Origin: a virus
Length of the DNA stretch: 64,000 bases
Strand: one strand, 5' to 3'
Virus record (IMG/VR): IMGVR_UViG_3300007094_000006
Location: 32,797 to 96,796 of that record
Made by a program: the position numbers and the translations under genes. The stretch's first letter is position 1. Each line of letters begins with the position of its first letter. The notes beneath the pieces were generated by a model that made no database searches, was not told the origin of the DNA, and saw only the letters and a list, made by a program, of their open reading frames with translations. This document shows positions 39,618-50,202 of this stretch, one piece after another.

Positions 39618-40036
39618 TCTTCAAAAACTTCAGTTAAAATCCATGAAAGCCAAACACTAAATATTGCTTGTATACTACTCATTATCGTAAAATATGTGGC
39701 AAATACGCTTAACGTAGGAATTGGTAATACTCTTAACAGATTGGTTAAACTTATTGCTATTCCGTAAACTCTCGCCACTCCTAACACTATACTGCTTCCT
39801 TCTAATGTAAACTTAATGGTTTGTTTTTGAGCTTCTCCTCTTATAAAATATTTCAAAATAGGTATGCTAAAATTTGTCACAGACGATAATAATAGCAACA
39901 ATGTATATTGAAATTGCTCGTCTGTTAATCCCCCAACTACTCTCACCAAAGTTGTAGTCCAAAATATAAACCCTATGGCTATAAAGTATTCTTTTCCTAA
40001 TTTTTGCTTAATCTCTAGTGTCTGTTTTGGGTTCAC
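39614..40036 (-). CDS. membrane protein (3-4 TM segments)
   Basis: hydrophobic segments. Confidence 0.6.
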   Translation of the reverse strand: MNPKQTLEIKQKLGKEYFIAIGFIFWTTTLVRVVGGLTDEQFQYTLLLLLSSVTNFSIPILKYFIRGEAQKQTIKFTLEGSSIVLGVARVYGIAISLTNLLRVLPIPTLSVFATYFTIMSSIQAIFSVWLSWILTEVFED

Positions 40037-40640
40037 TTATGGCTTTTCCTAAATCTGCTAAAAACCTTTCTAAATACTCCTTAACATTTTGGGCGGAGTC
40101 ACTTTCTAATTGGGTAAATTCTTTGCTTGGAGGTGGTAAAAATGGGTTTCCTGAAGCTATTTTAACGGTTGCTATTAAGTAAAGTTTATAATTATCCTTA
40201 CTTCCCGCTACAAATAAAACCATTCTCACTTTTTCCCACCCTAAAAAACTTATTTGTCTTTTATTATAACCTAAATCCACTAATATTTTGTCATTATTTG
40301 ATTTTAAAATTGTTGACTCTGGATAATTTGTAGAAATGTATGTTATAATATTTTCTAACAGTATTTCTTGGTTCTCTTTATTTAATCCTATTCCTTTCGG
40401 CAGTTTTAACGTTGTACTTTTGGTTATATGCCCATCTAATAAATAAACTAAATTTTCTGTATCCTTTGTAAGTGTTATGTTATCTTTTGTTTTTACATAT
40501 TTTTGAAGGATTACTTTTTCTTTTATATCTATTTTTTCTTCTCCAAAAATTTGAAAATAAATTACTAATATATTTACGCTTATATTTAACACATAAATTA
40601 ATAACTTTTCTCTTACTAACCGTTTTAAAAATCTAATCAT
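40008..40640 (-). CDS. membrane-anchored hypothetical protein
   Basis: N-terminal TM segment; overlaps the downstream gene. Confidence 0.65.
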   Translation of the reverse strand: MIRFLKRLVREKLLIYVLNISVNILVIYFQIFGEEKIDIKEKVILQKYVKTKDNITLTKDTENLVYLLDGHITKSTTLKLPKGIGLNKENQEILLENIITYISTNYPESTILKSNNDKILVDLGYNKRQISFLGWEKVRMVLFVAGSKDNYKLYLIATVKIASGNPFLPPPSKEFTQLESDSAQNVKEYLERFLADLGKAISEPKTDTRD

Positions 40641-40651
40641 TTTTTAAATAT

Positions 40652-41119
40652 ATGGAATTAATACCTGATTTTAACCCTTCTATTTCCGTTATTAACCACG
40701 ACACAATTCCCTATTTTATCGCTTTACAAAAATCAAATGTAAATAGGATTTTTGTAAATTCTAAAGGGGGTGACATTCTTTCAGCTATCCATATTGCTGA
40801 AGTTTGTCACACCCCTTTAATTGTAATTAAGGCTATTAGTTCTTCAGCAGTTATGTCTTTGCTTATTAAGCCTCAATTTCGTTTTGTTTTACCCAGTGGT
40901 TTCCTTTTTTTGCACCCTCTATCCTGTAATAAATCTTGTTTAAATGATGATGAATTTGATTTATTTCTAGATTTTAAATCAAAACTTCCTCATCTATTAA
41001 GTGAGCGTAATCCTCAGTATTCCCCCAAAACTTTTGAGACTTGGCTTAAAGGTCGGTGTTTTTCTGATAATGAATTACAAAACCTTTTTAGTTTCTCGTT
41101 AGCTAAACTTGACCTTTAG
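40652..41119 (+). CDS. ClpP-like protease subunit (divergent)
   Basis: IFVNSKGGD, SSAV (Ser) and FLHP (His) in ClpP-like order. Confidence 0.55.
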   Translation: MELIPDFNPSISVINHDTIPYFIALQKSNVNRIFVNSKGGDILSAIHIAEVCHTPLIVIKAISSSAVMSLLIKPQFRFVLPSGFLFLHPLSCNKSCLNDDEFDLFLDFKSKLPHLLSERNPQYSPKTFETWLKGRCFSDNELQNLFSFSLAKLDL

Positions 41120-41563
41120 TGGGATTCTGAGAATTTTTGCATTTTTCGCTTTTAACATTAGCGGGACTATTGTATCTAAAAAACTGTTTTTATTTTGAAT
41201 CACAATACATCCTGCTGAACCCGGTACATTTGCGTCGAAATGCAACCCTAATTCAGACCGTCCGTACATTGGCACAGGACTAGGTTCAATAGGGTAAAAC
41301 ATACCTTCGACCCCTTTTGTTGCCAATCGATACCCATCGGTTCTGATTTGAAATTTATCGAATGGTGGAATCAATCCCTTTCCTATTCTTTGAAAATCTG
41401 TCCAATTTTGATAGCCTGCCGCACCAGATGTAGCCACTACCGCGCATAATTGCTTTTGGTCTTTATCTCTCAGTACAAATGTACCATATAGTAACTTTGT
41501 ACTTCTCTGAGGCTTAAATAGGTACTCCGCAAATGTGGGAATTTGTTGCTCTTCTTTTGACAT
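41099..41563 (-). CDS. L,D-transpeptidase-fold (YkuD/Tlde1-like) protein
   Basis: LGLHFDANVPGSAGCI His/Cys motif. Confidence 0.7.
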   Translation of the reverse strand: MSKEEQQIPTFAEYLFKPQRSTKLLYGTFVLRDKDQKQLCAVVATSGAAGYQNWTDFQRIGKGLIPPFDKFQIRTDGYRLATKGVEGMFYPIEPSPVPMYGRSELGLHFDANVPGSAGCIVIQNKNSFLDTIVPLMLKAKNAKILRIPLKVKFS

Positions 41564-41613
41564 TTTGTTTTTCTTGTGATAGGGTATAACTTTACTTTGA
41601 GTGGAAAATTTTT

Positions 41614-42318
41614 ATGGCTATAAAAGAATTACTGAATCCCATCGGAAATCAGGTGGTAACTTGGATGTTTCCAACTGATAATGAATGGGGCATCCCTGTC
41701 CTTCCTTTAAATATGGCTGGGAAATATCCAGAAACTCCTATTCACATTTGGGGGGCTAAGGCTCGAAACAAATCACTTACCGGTACAGTCTTTCACTACA
41801 CTGACGATTACCGCTTTAGTGGTCATTGGAAAAATCCTTCTAAATTAATTGATACTTCTATCACTCTTGTTGGTGAAGTTAACTACACCATGACTCTCCA
41901 AACTCCTAAAGCTATCGCTATTGAACTAATTTTCAAAAAACGTTGGCTTTCTCGTTATTGGGCTGAAGCAGGTATTCGTATTCTTGTTGATGTTAATGTT
42001 CCCACTGAATTTGAGGATATTGCTCTTTTAGGCGTTCCTAAAGGTTGGGATGCCTATTGTACTCATGGCTATTCTGATGGTATTGCCGCGACTTACGAAG
42101 AATTTGATATGGCTTGCCGTCACGCTGGTACTTCCGACATTTTTTTTACCGTTTATGGCGGGGGACGAAAAGTCAAAGAGGAGTGTCAAAAAATGGGGTG
42201 GTGTCATGTTATCGAGGAGTCTGACAGAGCTAGAGGACGGTTTAAGGATGATTTTAACGTCTCAAACTACCTGAAAACGGAAAATAAAGCTTCGGTTTCA
42301 CAATCTGTAGGTATTTGA
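41614..42318 (+). CDS. DUF4417-like phage protein
   Basis: NEWGIPVL, HYTDDYRF, RWLSRYW...GI, F.VYGGG. Confidence 0.7.
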   Translation: MAIKELLNPIGNQVVTWMFPTDNEWGIPVLPLNMAGKYPETPIHIWGAKARNKSLTGTVFHYTDDYRFSGHWKNPSKLIDTSITLVGEVNYTMTLQTPKAIAIELIFKKRWLSRYWAEAGIRILVDVNVPTEFEDIALLGVPKGWDAYCTHGYSDGIAATYEEFDMACRHAGTSDIFFTVYGGGRKVKEECQKMGWCHVIEESDRARGRFKDDFNVSNYLKTENKASVSQSVGI

Positions 42319-42392
42319 ACTAATCTATTGACATTTGGGGTCAACTTCTGCTATAGTGTGTATATCGCAAACTCTACAAAAAAAAAAAACAC

Positions 42393-42695
42393 ATGACTCT
42401 TTTTCTTTTAGAAACCTTATCGACCTCTAATCAGTGCCATTCAACCTATTTTCCGGCTCAACACTCCGCTATTCGTCGCTCTCTTTATAAAGAAATGCTC
42501 GACTTTGTTTTAGAAAAATTGCCTCCTAATACTCCTTTTCTACTAGAATTTTCTGAACGTCTAAATACGTTTCCAGCCGACAATGGCTCTCTTGTTGAAA
42601 CTATCCTCACTGCCAAATTGTTCGTTAGTGCCGAAACCAAAAACAGTCTTTTGCCATCTATCGACGGTCAATACGAAGTTTTAGGCAAAAAATAA
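42393..42695 (+). CDS. hypothetical protein
   Basis: ORF after a TTGACA...TATAGT promoter. Confidence 0.65.
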   Translation: MTLFLLETLSTSNQCHSTYFPAQHSAIRRSLYKEMLDFVLEKLPPNTPFLLEFSERLNTFPADNGSLVETILTAKLFVSAETKNSLLPSIDGQYEVLGKK

Positions 42696-42759
42696 TCGTC
42701 GTTCAAGAAAAAAAATTGATCACGCTCGTTTTTAAAGTGTAGTGTGATCAATTTTTTTT

Positions 42760-42897
42760 ATGGTAAAAACTTCTGGTGGTGATGGTCGGCAAGAACGTCG
42801 TCAACGTTCTAATGATTCCACTAAAAAACCCCGCAAAGCTACTTCTAATCCCGTTGAATCCGTTTTCGCCCTTCGTAAAAAAGCTCGTAAGTCTTAA
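42760..42897 (+). CDS. small basic protein (45 aa, MVKTSGGDGRQERRQR...)
   Basis: not in the ORF track; codon usage like its neighbours. Confidence 0.55.
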   Translation: MVKTSGGDGRQERRQRSNDSTKKPRKATSNPVESVFALRKKARKS

Positions 42898-42980
42898 AAA
42901 AAATTTTTTTTCTAGCTACCCCTTGACAAGAGTTCTTTTTTTTTGCTATTCTTAAAAAGAACTCTTAACTTTTAAAGTTT

Positions 42981-43331
42981 ATGCCTGTTTTAGAGCCTGA
43001 AAATTCTCCAGAAGACGAGCCAACCCGTTCTTATTTTCACGGTGAAAAAGAGAATCGTTTAGATATTGCTCACAATCTTTCCCTAACTAACCAATTCGAG
43101 TTAGCACGAATAATGCTTGAAGTCGATAAAGCTTTTGGCTTAGATTGTTTGCCCCAGAATGCCTCGCATATTCGATTTTCTATCCCAGATTTGAATACTC
43201 GCAGTGAGCGCATCAAAGAGCTAATCACTTTGCTGTTTCAGAAAACTGTCTCTCAGCATAATCTTCTGTTAACTTTGCAACAACGGTCTCTTGGTTTAGA
43301 GACTCCACCTTTCTATCAACCACCTCAATAA
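42981..43331 (+). CDS. hypothetical protein
   Basis: 116-aa ORF with an upstream promoter. Confidence 0.65.
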   Translation: MPVLEPENSPEDEPTRSYFHGEKENRLDIAHNLSLTNQFELARIMLEVDKAFGLDCLPQNASHIRFSIPDLNTRSERIKELITLLFQKTVSQHNLLLTLQQRSLGLETPPFYQPPQ

Positions 43332-43381
43332 TTTTTTGAGCCTTTCTTTTGTTCACCTTTTTACTTTTTTGGAGATTTTTT

Positions 43382-44893
43382 ATGAATGAATCCGAACGTC
43401 AAGCTTTAAAAAATGACCTTTTTAACAAAATCCCACATGGATTAGCCCTTACTGGTCGTATTCGTGATTGGGGCGAAGGTCGTCTTCCTGTTAGTTGTAC
43501 TGTCTTCCATGTCGAAGACTCTATGGAAGGTGATAATGGCATTGAAGCTAGTTGGATTTTTACTTCTCATGCCCTGCGTAATGCCGCAGGCTGTGCTATT
43601 GATCTTAACGCTTTACGCCCCTCTGGTACTACTAACGATAAAGGTCTTGTCGCTTCTGGTGCTGTTAGTTTTATGTCTCTTTACTCTCGACTTAATGAAA
43701 CTCTTCGTCGAGGTGGGGTTTTTAAAAATGGGGCTGTTACTGTTTATCTTGACTATGACCACCCTGACGCTTTGGCTTTTTTAAATGCTGACGAATTTGA
43801 AAATGCTTGGATTAAATTAGCCATGTACGTTGATGATGGTCTAAAAACCCATCCTATCAAAGCAAAATTAGCTGACGCTGTTGACAATGGTACAGTTTGG
43901 TTAGCTAAAAAGCAATACGATAAACATGGTGAACGTCTTTATAGTAATGTTTGTTTAGAAATTTTACTAAAAAGTCGAGCTACCTGTCTTATCTCTAATA
44001 TCAATTTGGGTTTACTTTCTCCTCATGAGATTCCAACTGCTTTCCGTCAAGGGGCTGAATGGTTAGCTCGTTTACACCCTCTTACTGGTGTTGGTGAAAC
44101 TGGTCAATATCTTTCCCCTGCCGAAGACAGACAAATTGGACTTGGTGTTATTGGTTTAGCTTCTTTTTTAGCTATCCATGATGTTTCCTATTCCGATTTC
44201 GTTTCTGCGTTAGTGTCCATAGAAGAGATGACTTCTGGTTTCCGTCCTGATATTCTCCGTGCTTCTCTTCCTATTGTTTCTTCTTTACTTCTCCCTCAAC
44301 AAATTGCTTTCTATCTTGCTTTAGGCTACCATGAAGCGGCTGATATTGGTCGGGTTTACAACTTTGACCGTGTTTTCTGTGTTGCTCCTACCGCAACTTC
44401 TTTTACTAAGCATTTTGATTCTCAAGGCTTCTCTATTACTCCCGAAATTAGCCCTCCTTTAAGTCGTTCTATTGAACGTACCTCTGAAACTTTTGGTTCT
44501 CAAATTTTTCATTTTCACCCTAACGTTCAAATTGCTCCACAGGTTGGTTGGAATACTCAATGGCGACTTCTTAATATTTGGCAACGTTTAATGGATTCTA
44601 CTGGTCTTAGTCATTCTATTTCTGCTAATATTTGGGATACTTGTCCTGTTGATGAATCTTTTATCGATACTTTCCTAGATTCCGACCTCAAAACTACTTA
44701 TTACCGTCTCGCTACTCTCCAATCTTCTAATGATAAGTCTCGTCTCATTTCCGATGAGGCTCTTGATGCTCTTTCCTATCTGCCTAATTCTCAGTCTTTC
44801 TCAGACGTGGACTTTGATGCTTTATTTCCTTCCGACGATATTGTTGTCTGTAATCTCGATTCCCAATATTGTCCCGCTTGTGCCGGTGATTAA
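43382..44893 (+). CDS. nrdA: ribonucleotide reductase alpha subunit (small cyanophage type)
   Basis: GRLPVSCTVF, RRGG, SNVCLEI (radical Cys), APTAT, C-terminal CPAC. Confidence 0.88.
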   Translation: MNESERQALKNDLFNKIPHGLALTGRIRDWGEGRLPVSCTVFHVEDSMEGDNGIEASWIFTSHALRNAAGCAIDLNALRPSGTTNDKGLVASGAVSFMSLYSRLNETLRRGGVFKNGAVTVYLDYDHPDALAFLNADEFENAWIKLAMYVDDGLKTHPIKAKLADAVDNGTVWLAKKQYDKHGERLYSNVCLEILLKSRATCLISNINLGLLSPHEIPTAFRQGAEWLARLHPLTGVGETGQYLSPAEDRQIGLGVIGLASFLAIHDVSYSDFVSALVSIEEMTSGFRPDILRASLPIVSSLLLPQQIAFYLALGYHEAADIGRVYNFDRVFCVAPTATSFTKHFDSQGFSITPEISPPLSRSIERTSETFGSQIFHFHPNVQIAPQVGWNTQWRLLNIWQRLMDSTGLSHSISANIWDTCPVDESFIDTFLDSDLKTTYYRLATLQSSNDKSRLISDEALDALSYLPNSQSFSDVDFDALFPSDDIVVCNLDSQYCPACAGD

Positions 44894-45035
44894 TTTGGTT
44901 TAGGCATACCCACGCACTTTTAGTGCGGGTGAGTTTCAAAATTAAAAATTTTCGGTCAACTACCTAAAATAGTTGACTTTTTTTTCTAGTTCACGCTATA
45001 CTATATATTAATGTTTAATTATCCCACTTTTTCCT

Positions 45036-45875
45036 ATGCCTAATGTTGCTTCCCCCAATTTGTCTGTTCTACCTAAATTGGTTCTTATCTTTGGTGATTC
45101 TGGTTCGGGTAAATCCGTAGCTCAAAAAGCTTTTCAGTTTCATTCTTTTGTTCCTTTGCATCCTATTCAAGACCTAAAAACTTTCTTAGAGTCTATGTGC
45201 GATTTACCAGCCGGTTCTTTGCATACTCCCGAAGGTAAAGCTTCTGTTCCAAATTTCCACCGCTTATTATTTTATCGTAATCGCAAAACAAATATTCTTT
45301 TTGACCGATGTTTTGAATTTCTACATCGTCATTACACTAATACCTTTTGGGTTCCTAACATTCTTGTCAATTCTAATTCTGAACTTTATGGTGCTTATCA
45401 GGTTTCTCTTGATGAAATGACTCACCTTTTCATTAACCATATTCTTTTGCCAGATGGTGTCGACCATCTTTCTTTTAAAGATTTGGAAATCTGCGCTTGG
45501 TCTGTTATGCGTGACCGAATTGACCCTGAGTTTTCTGCCCCTTTTCTTCGTCATTCTTTAGATTTTTTGCTTCTTCAACGTCGTCATGATGTTGTTCTTA
45601 ATGCTATCCGTAACTCTCATGAATTAGCTATTCTCCAATCTTACATCCTTTCTCAATCCTGTATTCCCTATTGCATTTCAATTGAACGTCCCGGTATTTC
45701 TTCTCTTCATACTGACGTTGAACAACCTAAACTTTTAGACTGGTGTTTAAACAATCTTCCTTCTGAACAATGCCTTAAACTTTCTAATTCCCATTCCCTT
45801 GAACATTGGAGTTCCTTTAGCCGTCAGTTAGCTTTTGAACTCAAATATCGACTTGGTTCTGTTTGTTCTGTTTAA
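45036..45875 (+). CDS. deoxynucleoside monophosphate kinase-like
   Basis: GDSGSGKS P-loop; VVLNAIRNSHE and IERPG motifs of phage dNMP kinases. Confidence 0.65.
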   Translation: MPNVASPNLSVLPKLVLIFGDSGSGKSVAQKAFQFHSFVPLHPIQDLKTFLESMCDLPAGSLHTPEGKASVPNFHRLLFYRNRKTNILFDRCFEFLHRHYTNTFWVPNILVNSNSELYGAYQVSLDEMTHLFINHILLPDGVDHLSFKDLEICAWSVMRDRIDPEFSAPFLRHSLDFLLLQRRHDVVLNAIRNSHELAILQSYILSQSCIPYCISIERPGISSLHTDVEQPKLLDWCLNNLPSEQCLKLSNSHSLEHWSSFSRQLAFELKYRLGSVCSV

Positions 45876-45977
45876 CCGTGTGAACCGTTCTTTTAGTCCC
45901 CAAAAGGGGGCTTTTTTGTGGAAATGCTAAAAAGTGCTTTAACGCAAATCGGCATTTTTAGGGGGGTCTGCTCTATT

Positions 45978-47189
45978 CAAAAAACTGTACTACCTATACC
46001 AAAATCAATAAAACTCAATCATATCAAGGGTTTTGACGTTTTAGACTTTAAAAAACACCATTTTAAAATTAATAAAACTCAGTCTGGGTATAGCTTTGAC
46101 CCGTTTGTACTATGTGGTAGGGGGGATAACTTTATTTTTTTTGTCGCTACCCATTTGAATCATCGCATTGGGGGTTTAAAAACTGTACTACCTATACCAA
46201 AATCAATAAAACTCAGTCGTATCAAGGGTTTTAACGTTTTAAGCTTTTAAAAACACCATTTTAAAATCAATAAAACTCAGTCAGGGTATGGCTTTGACCT
46301 GTTTGTACTATGTAGTAGGGGGGGATAACTTTATTTTTTTTTGTCTTTACCCACTTGAATCATCGCATTGAAAACGTGAACTACTTTTTGATTTGCTCCC
46401 ACCTACCCTTACCCCCCAAAAATATTTTTCCACTACCACTTGACATTTTGTTTATTCCTATGTTATGCTATACACATAGCAAGAATAGAATGGAGGATAG
46501 GATACTAGGATAATTTATTCCTAGGGTATTCACAAATCAACCTATCAAAAATTAAATCTATATTTTAAATATTTAGCCTATATTTACCCATTTAGCCATT
46601 TTTTGCCCCTTAGACCAAAGGAATGGCTGTTTTTCGGTGTCTGTAGTGTATGTCCACCTCAAGTTGAACAATGCTAAAAGCCATTGTTGGAAGAAGCCTA
46701 TAGCTCACCCTGTGAGAGCAAAAAACGGTAGTTCACATCGTTGAGCCTTCCAAATGCTTCTATCTGCTCACTCTAGCGGGTATATGTTTTTCACGGGTGA
46801 ACTGCGATGATTCAAATGGGTAGAGACAAAAAAAATAAAGTTATCCCCCCCCACTACATAGTACAAACAGGTCAAAGCCATACTACGACTGAGTTTTATT
46901 GATTTTAAAATGGTGTTTTTTAAAGTCAAAAACGTTAAAACCCCTGATATGATTGGGTTTTATTGATTTTAGAATAGGTAGTACAGGGTTAAGTGTTCAA
47001 ATGCTATGATTCAAATGGGTAGGGACAAAAAAAATAAAGTTACCCCCCCCACTACATAGTACAAACGGGTCAAAGCTATACTACGACTGAGTTTTATTGA
47101 TTTTAAAATGATGTTTTTTAAAGCTTAAAACGCTAAAACCTTTGATATGATTGAGTTTTATTGATTTTGGAATAGGTAGTACAGTTTTT
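45978..47189. repeat. inverted-arm repeat locus 3: arms(+) ~45978 and ~46178, core(+), arms(-) ~46803 and ~47001
   Basis: two plus two arms around the same core. Confidence 0.95.
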
Positions 47190-47542
47190 AACCCCAAATT
47201 GATTTTTCGATTTCAAAAAAAATTTTTTAGGACAAAAAGGAGGCACTCCCCTTTTTAGCCTAAAAGAGGGGTATGGGGTATTTCTCCTGCATAAACTTTG
47301 AACTTTGTCAAGTCCTAGTGTGACACTTTATAAACTGGCACATTTGGACTTGACATTTTACTTTTTTGTGATAGTGTGACACTTTTTAAACTGGCACATT
47401 TGGACTTGACATTTTGACCTTTTTTGGCAGTGTGACACTTTTTAAACTGGCACATTTGGACTTGACATTTAAACCTTTTTGTGGTAGATGTGCCAATTAA
47501 TAAACTGGCACATTACCTGTTGACATTTTTAGGCTTTTGTGG

Positions 47543-47788
47543 TTATTGGTTGCCAGCCGAAAGGTAGCATTGAGGGTAGCTTAAGAACCACCGACTTGTC
47601 TGACCATCTTCATAGATTACACAGTCTATGGTTCCAATCTCAAATAAGACACAGAGAACAACTAAGAAGTCTTTTTGGTGTGTCTGTTCAGCATAGCTGT
47701 ATAACGCATCACTGGTTGTTTTTCCTTCAACTACTTGTTTGAATAGGTTGAATAGTTGATTTTGTTGGTTGCGACGTGTAAATTTCAT
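47543..47788 (-). CDS. early hypothetical protein
   Basis: shared promoter and CAGGAG RBS cassette. Confidence 0.7.
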   Translation of the reverse strand: MKFTRRNQQNQLFNLFKQVVEGKTTSDALYSYAEQTHQKDFLVVLCVLFEIGTIDCVIYEDGQTSRWFLSYPQCYLSAGNQ

Positions 47789-48193
47789 TTGGAACTCCTG
47801 TGTTTTTCTTTATGTTATTATTATGTCATCTTTTTTTGGATTTGTATATACCCTGTGTGACACTTTCCAAACTGGCATAATTGGTATTGACATTTAAAAC
47901 TTTTTGTGATAGCTGTGACACTTTATAAACTGGCACATTTGGACTTGACATTTAAAACTTTTTGTGGTAGATGTGACAATTAAATAACTGGCACATTACC
48001 TGTTGACATTTTGACTTTTTTGTGGTAGTTGTGCCAATTAAAGAATTGGCTCATTTGGACTTGACATTTTTACCTTTTTGTGATAGCTGTTACACTTTAT
48101 AAACTGCCACATCAAGACTAGACATTTTTACCTTTTTGTGGTAGCTGTGCCAATTTATAAACTGGCACATTTCCTATTGACATTTTGACTTTT

Positions 48194-48370
48194 TTATCTT
48201 ATGTCTAAGTATATTTTCCTTACCGTTGCAGGTCTTAAAACTTCACCTTCACATTCAACTTTTTTTCCTTCTACTTCACATTCAACTTTTTGGACTATCT
48301 GGTTAACTATCGTAGCCATAAATACAACGGGAATGACTACTACTGAAATTATTAGCGCTACAGTTTTCAT
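48194..48370 (-). CDS. small membrane peptide, KKVECE family copy 1 (58 aa)
   Basis: MKTVALIISVVVIPVVFMAT...; cassette promoter and RBS; not in the ORF track. Confidence 0.75.
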   Translation of the reverse strand: MKTVALIISVVVIPVVFMATIVNQIVQKVECEVEGKKVECEGEVLRPATVRKIYLDIR

Positions 48371-48484
48371 GTCTAACTCCTGTGTTTTTCTTTATGTTAC
48401 CATTATGTCATCTTTTTTTAGAATTGTCTATACCCTATGTGACACTTTCTAAACTGGCACATCAAGATTTGACATTTTGACTTT

Positions 48485-48640
48485 TTATCTCATGCACATA
48501 TTTAAATAGTCTTTCTTTACTGTTGCAGGACTATGACGCTCAACTTCACATTCAACTTTTTTGGGTATCTGGTTATCCTTCGTAGCCAAATATACGAGTG
48601 GAAGAATTATTCCTGAAAGGATTAGTGCGATTGTTCTCAT
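48485..48640 (-). CDS. small membrane peptide, KKVECE family copy 2 (51 aa)
   Basis: MRTIALILSGIILPLVYLAT...KKVECEVE; cassette promoter and RBS. Confidence 0.72.
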   Translation of the reverse strand: MRTIALILSGIILPLVYLATKDNQIPKKVECEVERHSPATVKKDYLNMCMR

Positions 48641-49004
48641 TTGGAACTCCTGTTTTTTGCTTATGTACCCATTATGCCACTTATCTCTTAGAATGTCAAA
48701 GGTTTGTAGTTAGATTGTGACAGTTTTTTAATTGTCACAATATCACCAGTTCTCTGATTTTTTCTGAGTTAGTACCCTTGTATTATCTTTGAACGAGCCA
48801 TCATTTTTGAGAATACAATACTGCCCGATTACCCCCCAAAGAAATATTAGAATTAGCAATTCTAACAATGCTTTTCTATGTGAGTCTGTGTACTGTGGAA
48901 ACAATTTCTTTAGCATTCTTTTAAGGGTACAAACACTTTGATTTTCGCTTGTAATCTATTAGACACAAATTAAAGATTGAGCTATTGAACTCAACCTTTT
49001 TTTG

Positions 49005-49352
49005 TTAGCACTCGTTTTTAATTAATTCTAACTCTTTTAGCTTTAAGTTGATTTCCCTGATTTTAACCTCTAAGTTTTCAGACTGGTCACTTTTTAACTC
49101 TAAATGGTAGCTCATGTCTCCCGAATACCAATAACGAAAATCACCTAATGAACCATTAGCTTCTATTCCTAACTTTGCACAATATTCACAAACATTTTCT
49201 AAATTTTCAGCCGTTAACTCTAACCATCCAAAATTATCATAATCTTCGATTTCTGATAGTGATACTGGACACTTAGTATTTAAATCTATGACCCCCGCAT
49301 CAAATAAATTAAAAAGGTAGTCGAAACTGTGATAGCTTAATCTTACAAACAT
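49005..49352 (-). CDS. early hypothetical protein, MFVRLSYHS family copy 1
   Basis: paralog of 53143-53520. Confidence 0.78.
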   Translation of the reverse strand: MFVRLSYHSFDYLFNLFDAGVIDLNTKCPVSLSEIEDYDNFGWLELTAENLENVCEYCAKLGIEANGSLGDFRYWYSGDMSYHLELKSDQSENLEVKIREINLKLKELELIKNEC

Positions 49353-49535
49353 AATTGATTACTCCTGTTTTTTGCTTATGTATCTATTATGCCACTTAAC
49401 TCTTTTAATGTGGATAAGTCTTAGGTGTTTTGAGACACTTTATGAACTGGCACATCAAGATTTGACATTTTGACTTTTTTGTGGTAGATGTGCCAATTTA
49501 TAAACTGGCACATTTCCTATTGACATTTTTACTTT

Positions 49536-49712
49536 TTAATGGAAGTCTAAGTATTCTTTCCGTACCGTTACTGGTCTTAGAACTTCACCTTCACATTCAA
49601 CTTTTTTTCCTTCACCTTCACATTCAACTTTTTTGGGTATCTGGTTAACAATCGTAGCCATGAAGATAACGGGAATCACTACGACTGAAATTATTAGAGC
49701 GATAGTTTTCAT
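49536..49712 (-). CDS. small membrane peptide, KKVECE family copy 3
   Basis: paralog; cassette promoter. Confidence 0.75.
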   Translation of the reverse strand: MKTIALIISVVVIPVIFMATIVNQIPKKVECEGEGKKVECEGEVLRPVTVRKEYLDFH

Positions 49713-50058
49713 TGGAAACACCTGTGTTTTTTCTTTATGTTACCATTATGTCATCTTTTTTTAGAGATGTCTATACCCTATGTGACACTTTCTAAACTGG
49801 CATAATCAGACTTGACACTTTTAGTTTTTTGTGGTATATATAATAATTATTAAACTACCACATTACCTCTGCATAAACTTTGCTTTTTGTCAAGTATTAT
49901 TGTGACACTTTGTGAACTGACACATTATCCCTGCAATAAACTTTACTTTTTGTCAAGTCTAATTATGCCAATTTATAAACTGGCACAATTGGACTTGACA
50001 ATTTTAGTTTTTGTAGTAGATGTGCCAATTTTTAAACTGGCACATCTGGACTTGACAA

Positions 50059-50202
50059 TTAGCTAAACAATAGTCTTGCTAACCACTTAGCTTTTTTTTC
50101 CCAATCATTGGTAGGCATGAAATTATAAAGCAATACAATTTCTTTGCCTCGTTTTGCAACTTTATGCTTAACCGATAATTTGATTCTGAGTGGGTTAATC
50201 AT
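50059..50202 (-). CDS. 47-aa basic peptide, NPLRIKLS family copy 1
   Basis: cassette promoter and RBS; three copies of identical length. Confidence 0.72.
   Translation of the reverse strand: MINPLRIKLSVKHKVAKRGKEIVLLYNFMPTNDWEKKAKWLARLLFS

Noticed and set aside
43382-44893. Class II (B12-dependent) NrdJ
   Set aside because: A ferritin-like beta-type gene is present at 56405-57175, favouring class I; not formally excluded
44905-44938. IS605 right end after nrdA
   Set aside because: Only a short hairpin ending TCAA; equally explained as a terminator
1503-46250. ORFs 1503-1703, 2345-2635, 28079-28399 and 45918-46250 as a protein family
   Set aside because: They are chance reads through the non-coding arm; starts, stops and frames differ among the 11 copies because of homopolymer indels
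47318-47520. CRP/SYCRP1 or NtcA sites as the identity of the 24-bp palindrome
   Set aside because: Spacing does not fit TGTGA-N6-TCACA or GTA-N8-TAC
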